Positions 1 to 13,763 of a stretch of 64,000 nucleotides of DNA are shown here, piece after piece. The DNA is from Balanoglossus misakiensis (lineage: Eukaryota > Animalia > Hemichordata). Numbering within the stretch: position 1 is the first letter of the stretch; every line of letters starts with the position of its first letter. The position numbers and the translations under genes are program-made. The notes below the pieces were generated by a model. It was given only the letters and a program-made list of their open reading frames with translations. It ran no database searches and had not been told where the DNA came from. The stretch spans positions 7,753,129 through 7,817,128 of the forward strand of contig CM082576.2 in NCBI GenBank assembly GCA_040954595.2, read 5' to 3'.

Positions 1-1957
1 CATCAGAGACATCCGCTGATCGGGGCTGATGACAGCTGCACTGATTTTTTTTAAAAACATCATGTCTGAGGCCATCAACCAAGTTAATGACATGCATGTC
101 CTTCAAGGGAAGGTCTTTAGTAATGTTAGACAGAAGCTTGGATGGAAATACATAGCTCTTGCTCCCAGACACCATAGGGAGAGTGTGAACTGAGGATGTT
201 TGTTTATACAAGTAAAAGCTGAAATAAATGCCCTTCAATGGCCAAGTTGTCTCTGTGGAATATGTTGAGTTTTCTAGAGTACCAATACTTTTTTTATGAC
301 CAACTCACTTTGGTCAATCACCTGTCATGGTGGACTCGCTCAAATGCAGACAAAATGTAAACAGCTGCCTGTAACTGTACCCAAAATCTATTTACCAGAA
401 TGACTTTATTTACCTATATGTGCAATTTAAATGTTGGTCAACACAACAGGATCACAGATGACAACCTGGCTATTAAAGATACAGAAATAGCACATGATGC
501 CCCGCCCCTCCAATATAATCACAAAATCATAAGCAACCAATATTTTTTAGTTTTTAAAGGAAATATAAATGAAGAAATGGCCTATGAACATATATGGCAG
601 AAGTTTATTGTGACTGAGTTCTTAAGTTACATTACACAATTGGATTTTTACATTCCTCAATATGAAATGGCACACATGAAAAGATGAACATGTACATGTC
701 ATGACTTCAGAGAAAACAGCATTTGCCAGGTTACAAAAACCTACTTAGATAATCCAATATTCAGATTTAATTACAATAATTCCATGGTGTTCCCTTTGGA
801 AGATTCAATTGTACAAAGGAATCAATTGGCCGGAAAACAGCCAAGCTGCTGCAATATGTTGTGCTGGGTGCATAACATCAGGATCACACAAGTAATTTTC
901 ATATAATGAACAGCTTGATCAGTGAAACCTTATGTGGCCTGCATATGTATCACCACACAAACTCATTCACCAATCCAGGGAGGTGTAAATGAGGCAATTG
1001 GCAGTTTTTTTCTTTTTGGTCCAGCTGAAAGGGAACTGACTAGAGTGGGAATTCCATGCAAAACACATACAAAAATGATACATAACGTACAATGCATTTT
1101 AGATGAATCCGACACACACATCTCACTCAGTTCCTCTGCTTTTCTCTTCTATTCAATTATAGATGATTACAGCTGGCTTTGTTTATTAGAGATGGCCAAA
1201 AAAAATCAATATCCTTTGTGTGAAGACCTAATGGCGATGCTTGACTTAACAACACTGGGGTTGACTTAATTTAATACAACACCTACTCATACATGTAGCA
1301 TGAAGGTGTTATGACTAAGATTTTTCAAAATATCATATTTCCTGCCCAACACAAAGATGTGTGATGATGTTATTGTACATAAAAGGTCATTTCTTTGTGT
1401 CCCTTGTCCTCCGTGAGAGAGGTGAACAATGTGAGTAATAACGTTAGTGAGGTCAAAATGTCTAGTATGGTATTTTATGATGGCGCGTTTGTGACTCACT
1501 TTGGGGCCACAGGACTGGCGGCCATCATTACATACGATACTACACACTTCCCGACACTAAACATTATAATATAAGTTGATATGTAGCTAACTATTATCAC
1601 GGTCACTCCACAAACTCAAAGACAGCAGTGTCTACTCTTATAGTATTCTAACAGCTGCCTCCATCATTAAAACACAAGTTACTATGCAACATAATATTGG
1701 GGTCAAACTGAGGTTATACTTTAAATGGAACAGACTTTCGCACTGTACATGCTGTAAGCACTTACATCACTGTTTAGAATCATTAATAAAATTTATTAAT
1801 CAATAAGATTAACAATGGTTACATTTTGTATGTGGGTTTTCTGAGGATATCGTGTGTATATGTTATCAAGAATCGGGATAATGTACACTCGGGAACAGGG
1901 TCTGTGTCTGTGACATTGGCCACCGTCGTGTCTGTCGGTCGGAGGATCGAAACTCAC

Positions 1958-2097
1958 CTTTCGAAGCACCGATCCACGTTGTCGGACATGAGTAACAACA
2001 TACAGAGTTGCTCCAGGGCGATCAGCTGCATGTCCCGCTCGTCGCCCTGCCCCATTTGCAGCCATTCTAGCAAAGTCTCCGGGTCCACGTCTGCCAT
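1958..2097 (-). CDS. HECTD1: E3 ubiquitin ligase HECTD1, first coding exon; the rest of the gene lies left of here, probably outside the window
   Basis: Translates [46 protein letters not shown], nearly identical to the vertebrate HECTD1 N-terminus as I recall it ([46 protein letters not shown]). Ends at AG|GTGAGT donor (phase 2). An upstream TGTTTTCAG acceptor at 2132-2133 implies a non-coding first exon. Confidence 0.96.
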
Positions 2098-4704
2098 TTT
2101 GAATAATCAGCCGGTCGCGATCGCCGGTCAGCTGAAAACAATAACACAATCTAAACCGTCTGGCTTGCGTTCCTCGCCGACGATCTCGCCAAACTGACGG
2201 CCCCCTCGGCGGCGATTTCTGACTTCCACTCGGGGCGAATGTTTCCGCGTCTTGTATTTTCTCAGGCTTCAGTGCATGGGTTGATAAACGTTGGTTGAAA
2301 CTTACTACACACTACCGACGATAGGCTGAAAACAGGAAGTGATACCGAACGCCACTCGAAGAAAGGTCAACTAACGCATTCTCAACAAAAGCAAGCAGTG
2401 TTGCGACGAAAATATATGGAAACTAAGTGTATCTCACACTCTCGCTGAAACGTTCCACTACTTCATAATTCGGCTTGAATGGAGTTAGTCTTTCGTGTAA
2501 CCCCCGACAGTAAAACGGGCTCCGATCGTCGTGGGGAGAGAATTAACGCTTTTCACGATCACCCAGTCGGCAGATCGTCACCGACGGATGTTGAAATTTA
2601 TACAGCCTCGTTCTGGTTGGCAGGAAAAAGCTTTCCAATCCCAGCAGTCCTTCTGTTTTTTTGCAAAGAGTCATACCTGATCAAGATACCTGATCGCTCC
2701 CACAGCCTGCAAGAGTTGTTTCCACAAGAATGACCATATAACGGTGAAATTTATTGAATTTTAATTTTTACATAAAAAAGTTATAGTGTAAAAAACTATC
2801 AATGTGACAATTTTATTTGAAGGCTTTCCTATGATGCAAAGTGCGAATCTTTAACTAAAAGCGAATATATTCGCTTTTTGTAAAAGATTCGCAAAAATAA
2901 GTACTTCTATGCAGTAGTATGGCTGGGAGGCTCCACAGTCCACAACTGAACTACGATATTTTCACAAGATGGATCATTGTAGGCTGTCGTATTCGAGTTG
3001 TCACCAAGACGCGTTTCCTAAAAGCGTCATCAACTTGTCTAGTCTGAAAGTGTAAACTTAGCCTTCGGACAGAAAATGTTCTAATAAAGCCACTCACTAT
3101 GTAGGCCCAGGTTATTGCGAACACGGTTCTTCCAAAATGATAATATCCCGTGAAAACATGGTTTCCCCTCGATTTTTCTACCATTGTCAGCTGAGCTTCG
3201 TTTATTTGGGTATATTTGAAAGCAGCATACAAAGTCTGGCCGAAACTCGATATGTCCAAGCAAAACAAAGGCACGCATAATGTAAACTATAGAGGGCGTG
3301 AATGATCGCCCAATGTAGTACCAGCCATGAGTACCAGCAACCAGTAAATGACAAACTGACGCAAATACAAGAGGATTTTAAAGCCCCATGGGCTGCGTCT
3401 TTGGGGATAATTATCATGTACTAACATTAGTACATACATGTTTCTCGCCCGTGAAAAAGAACCTGCAGGAGAGGAGATTACTTCGGCGAGAAATTGTTTG
3501 GTGGCATTGTTGTCATTCTCAAGTTTACCTTTGAACTGTTTCTATCGAGTCAGAAAGTGTTAAACTTCTTTGAAGTTGATAGAAAAAAAGCGGCGGTATG
3601 TCCGGGAGGGAGGTGATTAGTTTTCTCCGTGTTTGTGAAGTTGTCATGACAATTTTGACAGTATACGCGAAGATTAGTTTAGGGCCAAGGGCAAGATCAT
3701 TAGAACCAGATTAAGATGCGTGTGAAATGAGGATAGCGGAGGTATTCTTCAGCAAAGTATGAGTATGAAAGTACTGTTCCAGCGTTCAACCGAATGCAAG
3801 GGTTTTACACGGAGCCATACTGATACATGTTGATCAGTGAGAGAGACTATGTCATTGACAATGACTGCTTCTTCTCTTCATCCTGTGTGAATGGAAAATT
3901 CATGGAAAGTTCGTCCACATTCAGACATCATTTGTGCAATTTCCTCTGTGTGTTTTTTTCTTTTATCCCACAATACAACCAATAAAACACCTGTTTAGAA
4001 CCTGTTTCTCTTAAATCACAAGCTTCAGAGATTTATGACAGGAAAATTAACAAAAGAGATGAATCCTGTGGAGTTACCGTTGGATGACTTTCATGGCTTG
4101 TTTCAATGTCATGCTGTATATTGTTAAATATGAAAGAGGCATTAATTTAATGAAAACTTGCGCATGGTAAACAACATTTCTTTTTTTTCTTTCTTGAGGG
4201 ACAGGTGGTTAAGCTGTACTTAGAATGTCATATGCAAATCTGTGCTGTAGCTCTGGCGCAGGACTTTCACCAGACAGTGCGTGCTGCAGATATACACACC
4301 TTTTTAAATTGGCTTACCGGATTAGATTTTATTTTGTTGTTATCCTTTTATTGTATTGTATATTTCAGCGGCTGTGATCACTTTTTTGTAGAGATTGCCG
4401 CTTTATAAATAAATAGTTATTATTATTACACATCCTACATATCATTCACAGGGCCACCCCTCGAGTAAATTGCCTCGCCCGCAACTTTATAGTGGCGCAC
4501 TGTATGTCCGTTTCAGTCGCTCTGTCTGGAGAGCTTGTTGCATGTACAGTGCGAAAAATATGATGGATTGGGCTGTCACCACGCAATCAATGTAAACCGA
4601 AGTCATAACGCCCTGACAAAGTACTTTCAACCCGAAGTGGCCGCATACAGACGTCGAAGACTTTTGTCACAGCGTTCGCTTTCGATATAGAAGTAAAGGG
4701 AAAG

Positions 4705-4920
4705 ATGTCCGCCGAACCGGAGACCGGTCTGACAAGTGGGGACAGAGATGTCGGCGAACAGGAGCGACTGCAGAGAAACGAAAGCAACTCGCAGTTTGTG
4801 TTCCTGCTCAAGGAGAAAGAGGGGCTGAAACAGCAGTTGGAGGCCAAAGACAGAGAAGTACTGTCGCTGAAGAGCAAGAATTACGATCTCCTCAAAGAAA
4901 TTGAAAAACTGGAGTCGGAG
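4705..4920 (+). CDS. EF-hand/CaaX protein, putative first coding exon (coiled coil)
   Basis: MSAEPETG...LLKEKEGLKQQLEAKDREVLSLKSKNYDLLKEIEKLESE has a heptad pattern. GAG|GTTAGT donor in phase 0 is compatible with the exon at 7168. Linkage to downstream exons is inferred. Confidence 0.6.
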
Positions 4921-7167
4921 GTTAGTACTTTTTTGCGAACATGAAACGCGCACAATTCGGTATGTGCTAACTTTTAAAGTAGGTGATCCATCGGAGCTAC
5001 TGATTCCTTCTTCGTAACTTGAGGGATGCCCCTCGGCTGACAAGCAACTTAAATAAATCATTGTACCTTTCACAAAAATTCCGCTATGCTTGTGCGACAG
5101 CAGTAACTCTGCAGTAATGATCGCCTCAAAGCACGCACAGCCCGGGGACGCATAGGGAACTAATACGTAACAAGTCACTACAACAATACCGGTTCATGAA
5201 TATCTTGAACACGCGAAAGTGTATTATTTGTTGCCAAGGAGACGGAGAGTTAAGGGTACAATTTCACACTGGATTGGTTTCCATTGTCCGGTCTCTCGTC
5301 TTTTCTTGTCCTTTCTCTCACGCGAACAGCATAAAATCTGAATAGCAAAACAACTACCGTTGTTTTACTGGAGGGGGTATTTGCATCCGAAGGGTACTAG
5401 TATTTGCAGTAGGAGTTCTAACTCTCCTGGAACGTGAGCTGGTCTCCGGTGTAACAAAGCTATAAACAAGATAAAATAACTCGTGACATTGTCAGACAAA
5501 CACAAATCAAGAAAAAAAATCCTATCTTTGGCAAAGTAATGGCACACACAAGTTCGGAACCGACCATTTAAAAAGTACAATGTATTGCATAGTACTATAA
5601 TGTTACACACGGATAACTTCCTTCGTGGTCTTTTATCCGAGCAATTCAAATTTCCGCATATTTGGATAGCGGATATGTACACTCTAGTCTGGAATGAAAA
5701 GACATTTACAGATGAAGAAAATCAAATAAGGGGCCATTGTCTCGAACTGGAAATAATATGATATGCATTTGCCATATAATTAACTTAAAATTTGCATATT
5801 TAATGTGATCTTGTAATTACTGATATATGCTTGGAGTTACCCCCAAAGCTAGATGAAACGTGCAGTGTAAATGTAGATTCCACAATATTGCGATATAGGA
5901 TGTTACCCAATCGATTGACGTAGAACTTAACTTAAGGATTCGCCTTTGTAAAATGGCGGCGTCTGCAGGTGTTACAGACGAGTCACATCCGACCAAATAT
6001 ACCCACTTCCGGTGAAAGTTATTATATTTGACGATTATGATGATCGTGTTTATCAGTGACGTTGCGCACAGCACATAACGTAAATTGGGGAATTACGAGA
6101 CCGAAAAAGAACATACTTTTGCTATCCTATATGTTGTTCTTATGTTTGAATCCGTTGAGTTATTCTGTATTTGAAAGGAGACACACACAATCCACTTTGA
6201 GGCACGAAATGTATGACGGGAAGGCGGGCCCAAAGCAATTTACTGCATGTTTGTAATTAAAGAATCAGGGCACTGAGCCATGTAAAACAGAGCACTGACA
6301 ACCGTAGCTGCTGCTCTAGATATTTCATTTGTAACATCATCAATCGACCCGATTTTTCATGCATAACGAAAGAGCTAAATGTATGTCATTAACTTGAACT
6401 TTAGCATGGAATAACAGGAAATTAAGAGATCTGGCATCATACTACTTGTTTTGTGCATTGTCACAATCTAGGCCAGGTCGACCCGAAACGTTGAGAATGA
6501 GGGGTCCGCAATCATGACGAGATTGGATATTACCAGTTTATCCGCAGAATTATAAAAGAACGGCACGATAATTGATTTTCTGTACAAATTTCGAGTACAA
6601 TCTACACCTAAATACCAGTAACATCCAAATAGTTTGTCACTAGTACTCAACGCGTCTTTTTCCCCTCGGTGGTGGCGCTGCAGCTTGAAGAGTATCACTT
6701 GTTGAAAAAGGTCGCAGTTGACGTGGACAGGTTACTAGAAGGGGATCATGGGAGTCTCTGCTTGCGGCAGTTGGTGGAGACCGACGAAACCCAAAAGACT
6801 AAGGTACACCGTCTTGCGTGCACGAATATGATCCCGCGCATGCACACATCGTTGTGGTCGTTCCCGGTCCGGTTGAATCCAATCCACATGCATGTTTGGT
6901 GCACGTTTTCTCGCCTTTCTCTTCCCTTCTTTGCGTCAATCACGTGACCTGGTAGATAGCACGTGCATTTTGTAGTGCATGCCGTGTGATGCGGGACCAG
7001 CTGTTAGTCTGGTTCTAGCGTCAGAAGGGCTTAATAATTGCCCCAAGTCGTCGCTTCCTTCAATGCTCCATTGGTGACGGTACAAGAATGGCAGTACCGC
7101 CCCAAATGTCTCTTTCTTCCGGCCACAATATGTGTGTTCAATTTACCTTTTTCAATTCATTCTGTAG

Positions 7168-7341
7168 AAGGGGGTCAAAAAGAAAACAACCACGGTAGGA
7201 GTTCGTCAGAAAGACAGCGGTAAACACCCGGTGGCAAGACAAAACCCGCGAAAGGCGACAACAACCACAAAGTCGGCCAAGACTGCCGATAGCAAGGAAG
7301 CAAGCAAGTCTGAAGAAAAGGATACCTATAAGTTTTACAGT
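7168..7341 (+). CDS. EF-hand/CaaX protein, exon 2 (Lys/Thr-rich linker)
   Basis: TTCTGTAG acceptor and AGT|GTAAGT donor; 174 nt open in phase 0: KGVKKKTTTVGVRQKDSGKHPVARQNPRKATTTTKSAKTADSKEASKSEEKDTYKFYS. Confidence 0.72.
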
Positions 7342-7740
7342 GTAAGTCCGCCCTCAGGTTCCGTGAAATCTGTCAGGCACAACAGCGCCCCATAGCACTA
7401 TGTGCGAGCTCCACCAGAGCTCCACCCGTAACTCATCGTGTACTTTTGTATAATTTTACGATAATTCTTTTGGTTGCATCATCTAACATTCAATGTCATA
7501 GAATTCAGTTTAACTTGTGCATTTTCCTTCCATAATGTCGAATACCAGACCGCGTTTATTCCATGTCACCGAAATCGACATTCTTCTGCTTTGCTTTACA
7601 TTTTTTACCGTTCAGAGTATACGAATTTCAAAATTCTGCGTAATTTCATGAGGAAGTTTAAATCCCCTAGTCGTGTCCTCTTCTTTCAGTCCCGCGGCCG
7701 CGGTATCTCTCACTGTTTGTTGTTAATTTCTTTCCCATAG

Positions 7741-7830
7741 GAAATTGCGGAGAGGTTCCCGAACATTAAGTTATCCACAGTAATCTCCGCGGAAAGGAAA
7801 TTTATAGAAGCTGACGTCAACAGGAGCGGT
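7741..7830 (+). CDS. EF-hand/CaaX protein, exon 3 (first half of EF-hand 1)
   Basis: TTTCCCATAG acceptor and GGT|GTGAGT donor; EIAERFPNIKLSTVISAERKFIEADVNRSG joins the next exon to give the canonical loop DVNRSGTIDADE. Confidence 0.85.
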
Positions 7831-8278
7831 GTGAGTATTCCATGAGATGATTTGTGCAATCATACGATAGCGTGTCGTTGTGCACAGAAGGAATTTGTTG
7901 ACCTAGAGACCAGGAGCTCACGTGACCTTGCCTTTTCATTTGCAATGAATTTGCCATGAATGTGATTTTCGGGTCTATTGATGTGTAATCTCGCGACAAA
8001 TTTGGGAATTTCCCCTTCGTTTCTCGTCAAAAACTCGATTAATACTCAGTGACGCGAGCTGTGGCGCGCCATCGGCGACGCGCATCGGACTGTAACAGCT
8101 TGCATTTGCACTTCGCCATAATGTGCAAGCTTGTAACACCCCGAGTCTTTGAACTTTCCTGAGACACATGATAAAAAGACATGTCGATAACCACTAGCTG
8201 CTGTTTGTAATTACTGCACACAGGGCAATTTTATACATATCTTTCAAACATGATTTCGTTCACTCGTTCTTTTGACAG

Positions 8279-8413
8279 ACAATCGACGCAGACGAATTGG
8301 AACGGCTGTTTGACAAGAACGACTTCTTGTTCACCAAGCGACAGGTCCAAGAAATTCTGAGAGAAGTCGATCGCGACAACTCCGAGGATCTCGACTTCTT
8401 CGAGTGTCTCTCT
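8279..8413 (+). CDS. EF-hand/CaaX protein, exon 4 (end of EF-hand 1 and EF-hand 2)
   Basis: TTTTGACAG acceptor and TCT|GTAAGT donor; TIDADELERLFDKNDFLFTKRQVQEILREVDRDNSEDLDFFECLS contains the second loop DRDNSEDLDFFE. Confidence 0.9.
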
Positions 8414-8604
8414 GTAAGTCATACATCAGTCAAAAATCAAGACTAATGTTCCAGCCCTCGTTGGTGAAATCGTCTGCACCCCAGTTGCAATAATCTGCCC
8501 AAACCCCAAACCGAGCAACCTTACAAGTGCTTGTAACCTTCAATGCGAATGCGGCAGGACCTGTTATGTGTTAATCCATAGACACTTTTCTGTTTTCTGC
8601 GCAG

Positions 8605-8703
8605 GTCATTGAGAAACTACAACAGAATCGCAAGACGAATTTACCCCAGTCTCTGCGCAACGCGCAAGGAGCTAAAACTTCGTCCGTCTGTGTGCTACAG
8701 TAA
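8605..8703 (+). CDS. EF-hand/CaaX protein, last exon with C-terminal CaaX box (CVLQ)
   Basis: TTTTCTGCGCAG acceptor, phase 0; VIEKLQQNRKTNLPQSLRNAQGAKTSSVCVLQ-stop. Confidence 0.85.
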   Translation, partial: VIEKLQQNRKTNLPQSLRNAQGAKTSSVCVLQ

Positions 8704-10084
8704 AAGTGTATCTGGCGCCATTGTCCATCCGACGTGAAAAATCACACTTTTTTTTCTCCCCAGAAATTTCTCTACTTGTCCGAGTTTAGATGGTTAAGGC
8801 GTTTCACAACAGGATGACCAACTACCGCGAAAGCTAGCTATAGAACAACTTCCGTGTACCCCCCTCCCCGCTGAAGAAATGGCCATTCCCTAAATCGAGC
8901 TTCGTCTGTTGCTGGACAGACTGATATTTTAAGAAAAGTAGGCACAAATGACCGGGCAAGAGTGTGGAGTCACGAAAGCAGTAAATTATCATAGGATAAA
9001 CAATATCTGTCCGGCTGGGGACACGATGTTTGCAGCCTGTTGGGTGCGATAGCGGTAGAAGACGTTCACCCCGGATATTGACATACTCCTCATACCATGG
9101 GAGGAATCCACCGTTTTTTGTGGGAAATCGTGTCAATATTACGATACCTGAGATGTCCTGTTTTTTTTACTATCAAATCATCCAGTTAAATAGTTACTGT
9201 GTGGACATATGTCAAGTTTGGACTTGTTTGAGGCCACCTGGGCTAAATATCTCAGGTCACGGCGTGGCATGGATCCAAATTGTAGATGGTATAGTGGCTT
9301 CCTCCTTCCTCGTGCGTGTTTAATTTTATGAACGTAAACACGTTGTCCGGTTCAAAGCGAGTGACATTCGTAATTTACCTATGTCGGTTTGCCCCGGTTC
9401 GTTATCTCTCAAAATAACCCTTTAATGACGTCAACTCACTATATTATCACAGAGGCATATCAATATGTTTTACTGCATACATGTAGTGCTGCCGGAAGTC
9501 ATAAACGCACGTTTTCATCCTTGCACTGTTTTAAATCATAAACTACATATCATCACACGTCATATACAAATTGTGATACACATCAGATTCCAATCAGATG
9601 TAGAGTTGACTCGATCTTTACATTTGCTTGTTCTTTGCTGTTCTGTTCTCGGATGTCCGCCACACCGAGAACAAATACATTGTAACCAGCAAATGTAAAG
9701 ATCTAGTCATCTCTACTTTAATCAGATTAGTTCAAGTTGAAATAAACACTTTTTTTTATTTGTTTATTTTTTTTTACACAAAATGGGGAACAACGCGGCT
9801 TTCTTTATGCACGGAGACAAACATTTTCTCCTCAGTGTGCTCTATCAGCCGCGCGCTCGAATATAAAGACGTTTATCATTTCCATCGGCATTCAAAGAAA
9901 AATCTCTTAAATAACTGTGAATTTAATAAGATATTAAATATGAAATATATGTGACGCTTTAAACGCATATCTACATTTTATCGAAGATGATTTCTTCCAA
10001 CAAATTGTTTCAAAAGGCAGCGATTAAAAACCCGAGTTTTGATCAAAATGCTCCCTCGTCTAAAAATGACGCAGATCTGTTTCT

Positions 10085-10213
10085 TTATTGGGAGGCGTAT
10101 TTGCAGCGCACGAGGTGACTCCTAAGGAGGAGAACCAGCTCCTGTTCTTCCGCCTGCAGCCGCTGCACCAGTCCCTGCAGGTCTCTGTTCTTAGCAGCCA
10201 GTCTGTCAACTTC
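10085..10213 (-). CDS. bZIP-A (small Fos/ATF3/BATF-family factor), leucine-zipper exon
   Basis: TTTCTTTCAG acceptor; EVDRLAAKNRDLQGLVQRLQAEEQELVLLLRSHLVRCKYASQ-stop. Leu every 7 residues ending in His then xxxC, as in Fos/ATF3/BATF. Confidence 0.9.
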   Translation of the reverse strand, partial: EVDRLAAKNRDLQGLVQRLQAEEQELVLLLRSHLVRCKYASQ

Positions 10214-11283
10214 CTGAAAGAAAGAACGTGAGAAATGCAGAATAAAAGTCGGCGGTGAGTACGGTGGGAAGGAAGGGTGTTGAGAAACGGACAGACTTGT
10301 TGGTGGCAGGTCACCTATAGGTGCCGTTCGGTAAAATTGAAATAAAGTCATCTGGTTCATAGCACTTTATAGATCAACTACTAGATTTTGAAGCATGAGC
10401 TTTCGGGGACACGTGGTCTCCTCAGTTTGGATGCAACAATGGAATGGACAGGGAGGCAAGGGATCATTGGGTATTCAAAAGTGGTGGGGGAATGTATAAC
10501 CAATGGCAGGTGTGTCGGAAAACAAAAGAGGAGTGAAGTGAGAGACAAGACAATACACGTGTGAATGAAATGCAAATAGGGTATTCAGGTTGTACAAAGA
10601 CTACAGTTATTTGTAATGAGATAGTCTCGGTTCAATCCCACGTGGCATGTTCACACAGGCGGTGAAAATGAGTATGGCGACCCGGCGAAAGCGGTTCTGA
10701 AGAGACCACACCCACCAGATAAGTTTACACACGGTGTTTTGGTTTTCCTATGGTGTTGTCTAAACTGACCGTTACAAAAACAAACACTGCAATTATCAAC
10801 ACCGCCCTTCACAGTTTCGTTGGAGATTCGACTGACAGAATGTTTGTAAATATACTCTGACTGTCCTATTCGTCAGCTCCGGGTTTGAGCGGAACAGGAT
10901 AGAAAAAAATTGTCCATAGCCATCTTTTTTCTACCGAAAACACTGATCTCCTATACATACTAGTAATTGCGTCGCATATTGTCGATTCCGAGAAAAACAA
11001 GTCTGTACAGAAGTAGGGGAGAAACCCCTCTGGTCGTTCAAATACTCGCCTTGTCATGTCATTAATTTAGGGATTAAAATGTACTATTGTCATTTGTTCG
11101 GTTATTCAATAGTGCTTGTATGCATTTAATATTAACTCAAGTGATTAGGCGATGAGCGCTCCATGGATGAATATACACGGTGCCGTTCGTCTGTCATGCG
11201 TCAGAGCAAATTAGAAACACTGAAACTACAATATTATTTATATTCTTGACGTTATCCAAGCGATTTGATGCGCACGCACGTAC

Positions 11284-11391
11284 CTTTAAAAGAGTCTCGA
11301 TCCTGTCTTTCTTTTTATTTCTACACTTGGCCGCTGCTTGTCTGTTTTTCAGTCTCCTCTGCTGGAGGCGCTCTTCGTCTTCCATGAGCGG
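11284..11391 (-). CDS. bZIP-A, basic-region exon (108 nt)
   Basis: CGCAG acceptor and AAG|GTACGT donor; PLMEDEERLQQRRLKNRQAAAKCRNKKKDRIETLLK resembles ATF3 RRRERNKIAAAKCRNKKKEK. Confidence 0.93.
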
Positions 11392-13494
11392 CTGCGGACG
11401 AAAAGCAACACCATGAATCGGATTAGAATTTCAGAGAGGAATTTCAAGCATAGCCCGCGCTGATACCGATATCGTAGTTCCAGTTCTACCGTGTGTGTGT
11501 GTGTGTAGGGGGGGGGGGGCAATGAGTGCTAAAACATGTAAGATAAGGCCTGGGGCAAGGGTTAAAGAACCTGTCGGCGATATCATGGTTAGTACCTCCA
11601 TGGTGATATACATACACACAGAGGTTTGAGATCGTGCACATGGTGTTAATAGGTAACAAATCCGACAGATTCATATCCACTGACCTCCACTACATTTTCA
11701 GCAGTATCAGTATGGCAAGTTATGCGGCCATGCATGGCATTGCGGTATTGATATTAATATCCCACGCGATGAAACTTGTCTATTATCACTCTGCGGGAGG
11801 CCTGTATTCCGATCAACCGCTTAAGTTTAAGGCAACGTTCACAAACACCTCGGGGGGGGGGGGACTAGACGGGAAAATATTCCTCCTTTTGAGACCCCGG
11901 CACCTTCAAAAACAGGACCTGATACAACCCTGATAGTACACAATTCTCCCGCCCCTTCCAGGGATGTTTATGAATGTTGCCTTAGCATGCTCGTCTGTCA
12001 ATATCGACGAGGAAATAAAATGTGTTTACAATCGCATTCAACACATATTCTTTTCAAACTGTTGGCAACGACCACCCCGCTGAACTGTATACCTGGAATA
12101 AAACCGTCCAAATTCCCAGAACCAAACAAATATCCATCTAGATAGAACACGGTCTCCACGTCTGCGTTACAGCGACGGGGAATCCCCGTTTTTGTTTATA
12201 TCGTAGCTGCCGCGGTTCCTTCTTTGCGTGACCGTAGTCCAATCAACAACACGGTGACCCAGCAATGCGAAGTCCAGTTTGCAGTTTCCGCATTCTTTTC
12301 ATTCCCGCTGTGCAGGTGCTTGGTGTGGGGGCTGTCCCCGATTAAACCACAGATCGTGGTCTTTTGTCTGAATTTCGGGCCCTTGATCATCCCTCCGTGC
12401 GCGCATATTAATGTATTGTGACATTTGTCCCCACTCACTCCGTTTCCAAGCACAATGGCGATTCGTTAGCTGTAGGCATATGACACAGGCACTGTCTGTT
12501 CTGCCGGGAAGAACGATTTTTTTCGATTGTCCGTCAAGAAGAGATCTCACAGTGATTGAGGGAGCTTGAATATCACGTCCAATGTTTCTCTCGTATGTAC
12601 AGTTATTTCTGCGGGGCAACCGTATACAGCGGGCAATGACAGTGGTCATTATAATGTACTGGGAATACAATAAATAAAACGTCCTATACGTCGATACTTA
12701 CATGCGAATTTACAAAATATGCGGAAATTGGTTTAAAATCTAACGCAATGGGCCTAATGCGGTATGGCAAGCAACCGTGATCATACGTCGTAGCTGACAT
12801 TGGTTCCCGAATCAAACTTAACGCGGTACACTTTCCGTCGAAATCCTCCTGGCTTGGATGACTTTCTGTTGGTGACTCAGCGTAGTTTCCATTGTAACTG
12901 ACTCGCATATGTTTTTGCGCGGAGTACCGCACTACAGAAACGTACTCACCTGTGATGTCATTAACAATAGCACCCGGGGCTTAGGTCAACCATAGTCCCT
13001 CAACACTCACGACTATGGGTCAACCTATTGTTATTAAAACGCAAGCGACGTGTACGCTGTCGCTGTTTTGGGTGTTTTTTTTACAACCAATCAATCGAAA
13101 AAATCTTTTTACATGGAAGACCAGAAGACAGAAATTTATATTATTATTTCAGCTACATAAAAACTCAGACGCGAATATCATAATGAAATTTTAGAAAGAG
13201 TGGAAACGGTTTAGCACATCAAACGCTCTGACGATCTGGGATTTCCTACTTTCCGGAATGTTCACAAGGGTCACGAATTGACGGTATTTTGCAACCGAGG
13301 AATTTCCCATTACACGTGTTTCGACTCTTTCCTCGCCGTTAGTATAACATTCCTCCAGTCCACCTTGCAAAACGAGTACCCTGTCTTTCACCAATCTTTT
13401 CTCGCACAGAACACTGTGCGTGGCTTTATTGCAAAGATCATTTCGATGAAGCTAGTTTTGTACATGTGTAGGCCTAAGCATGCATCCGAGGACG

Positions 13495-13642
<148 letters not shown>

Positions 13643-13712
13643 GTCATTGTCATCATCGTATCCGCCTGTCTGCTTCCTAAACTACATCATGTCAACACAG
13701 AGACAGACTTAC

Positions 13713-13763
13713 CTTACAGGAAATCCCTTCTTTCTTGCACGTGCTTCCGATTTCCATCTCCAT
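13713..13763 (-). CDS. bZIP-A, putative first coding exon
   Basis: Perfect Kozak context GCCGCCATGG; MEMEIGSTCKKEGISCK; AAG|GTAAGT donor in phase 0 matches the basic exon. Gives a 95-aa protein. Confidence 0.7.

Noticed and set aside
1796-2197. ORF-track proteins of 117 and 123 aa
   Set aside because: Wrong frame or strand shadows of the HECTD1 exon.
6669-6947. 92-aa ORF in the EF-hand gene intron
   Set aside because: No clear acceptor or homology, and not needed to keep the gene in frame.
12950-13010. Strong CAG|GTGAGT donor on the minus strand inside the bZIP-A intron
   Set aside because: No convincing acceptor or coding segment upstream. It could be an alternative first exon but is unsupported.
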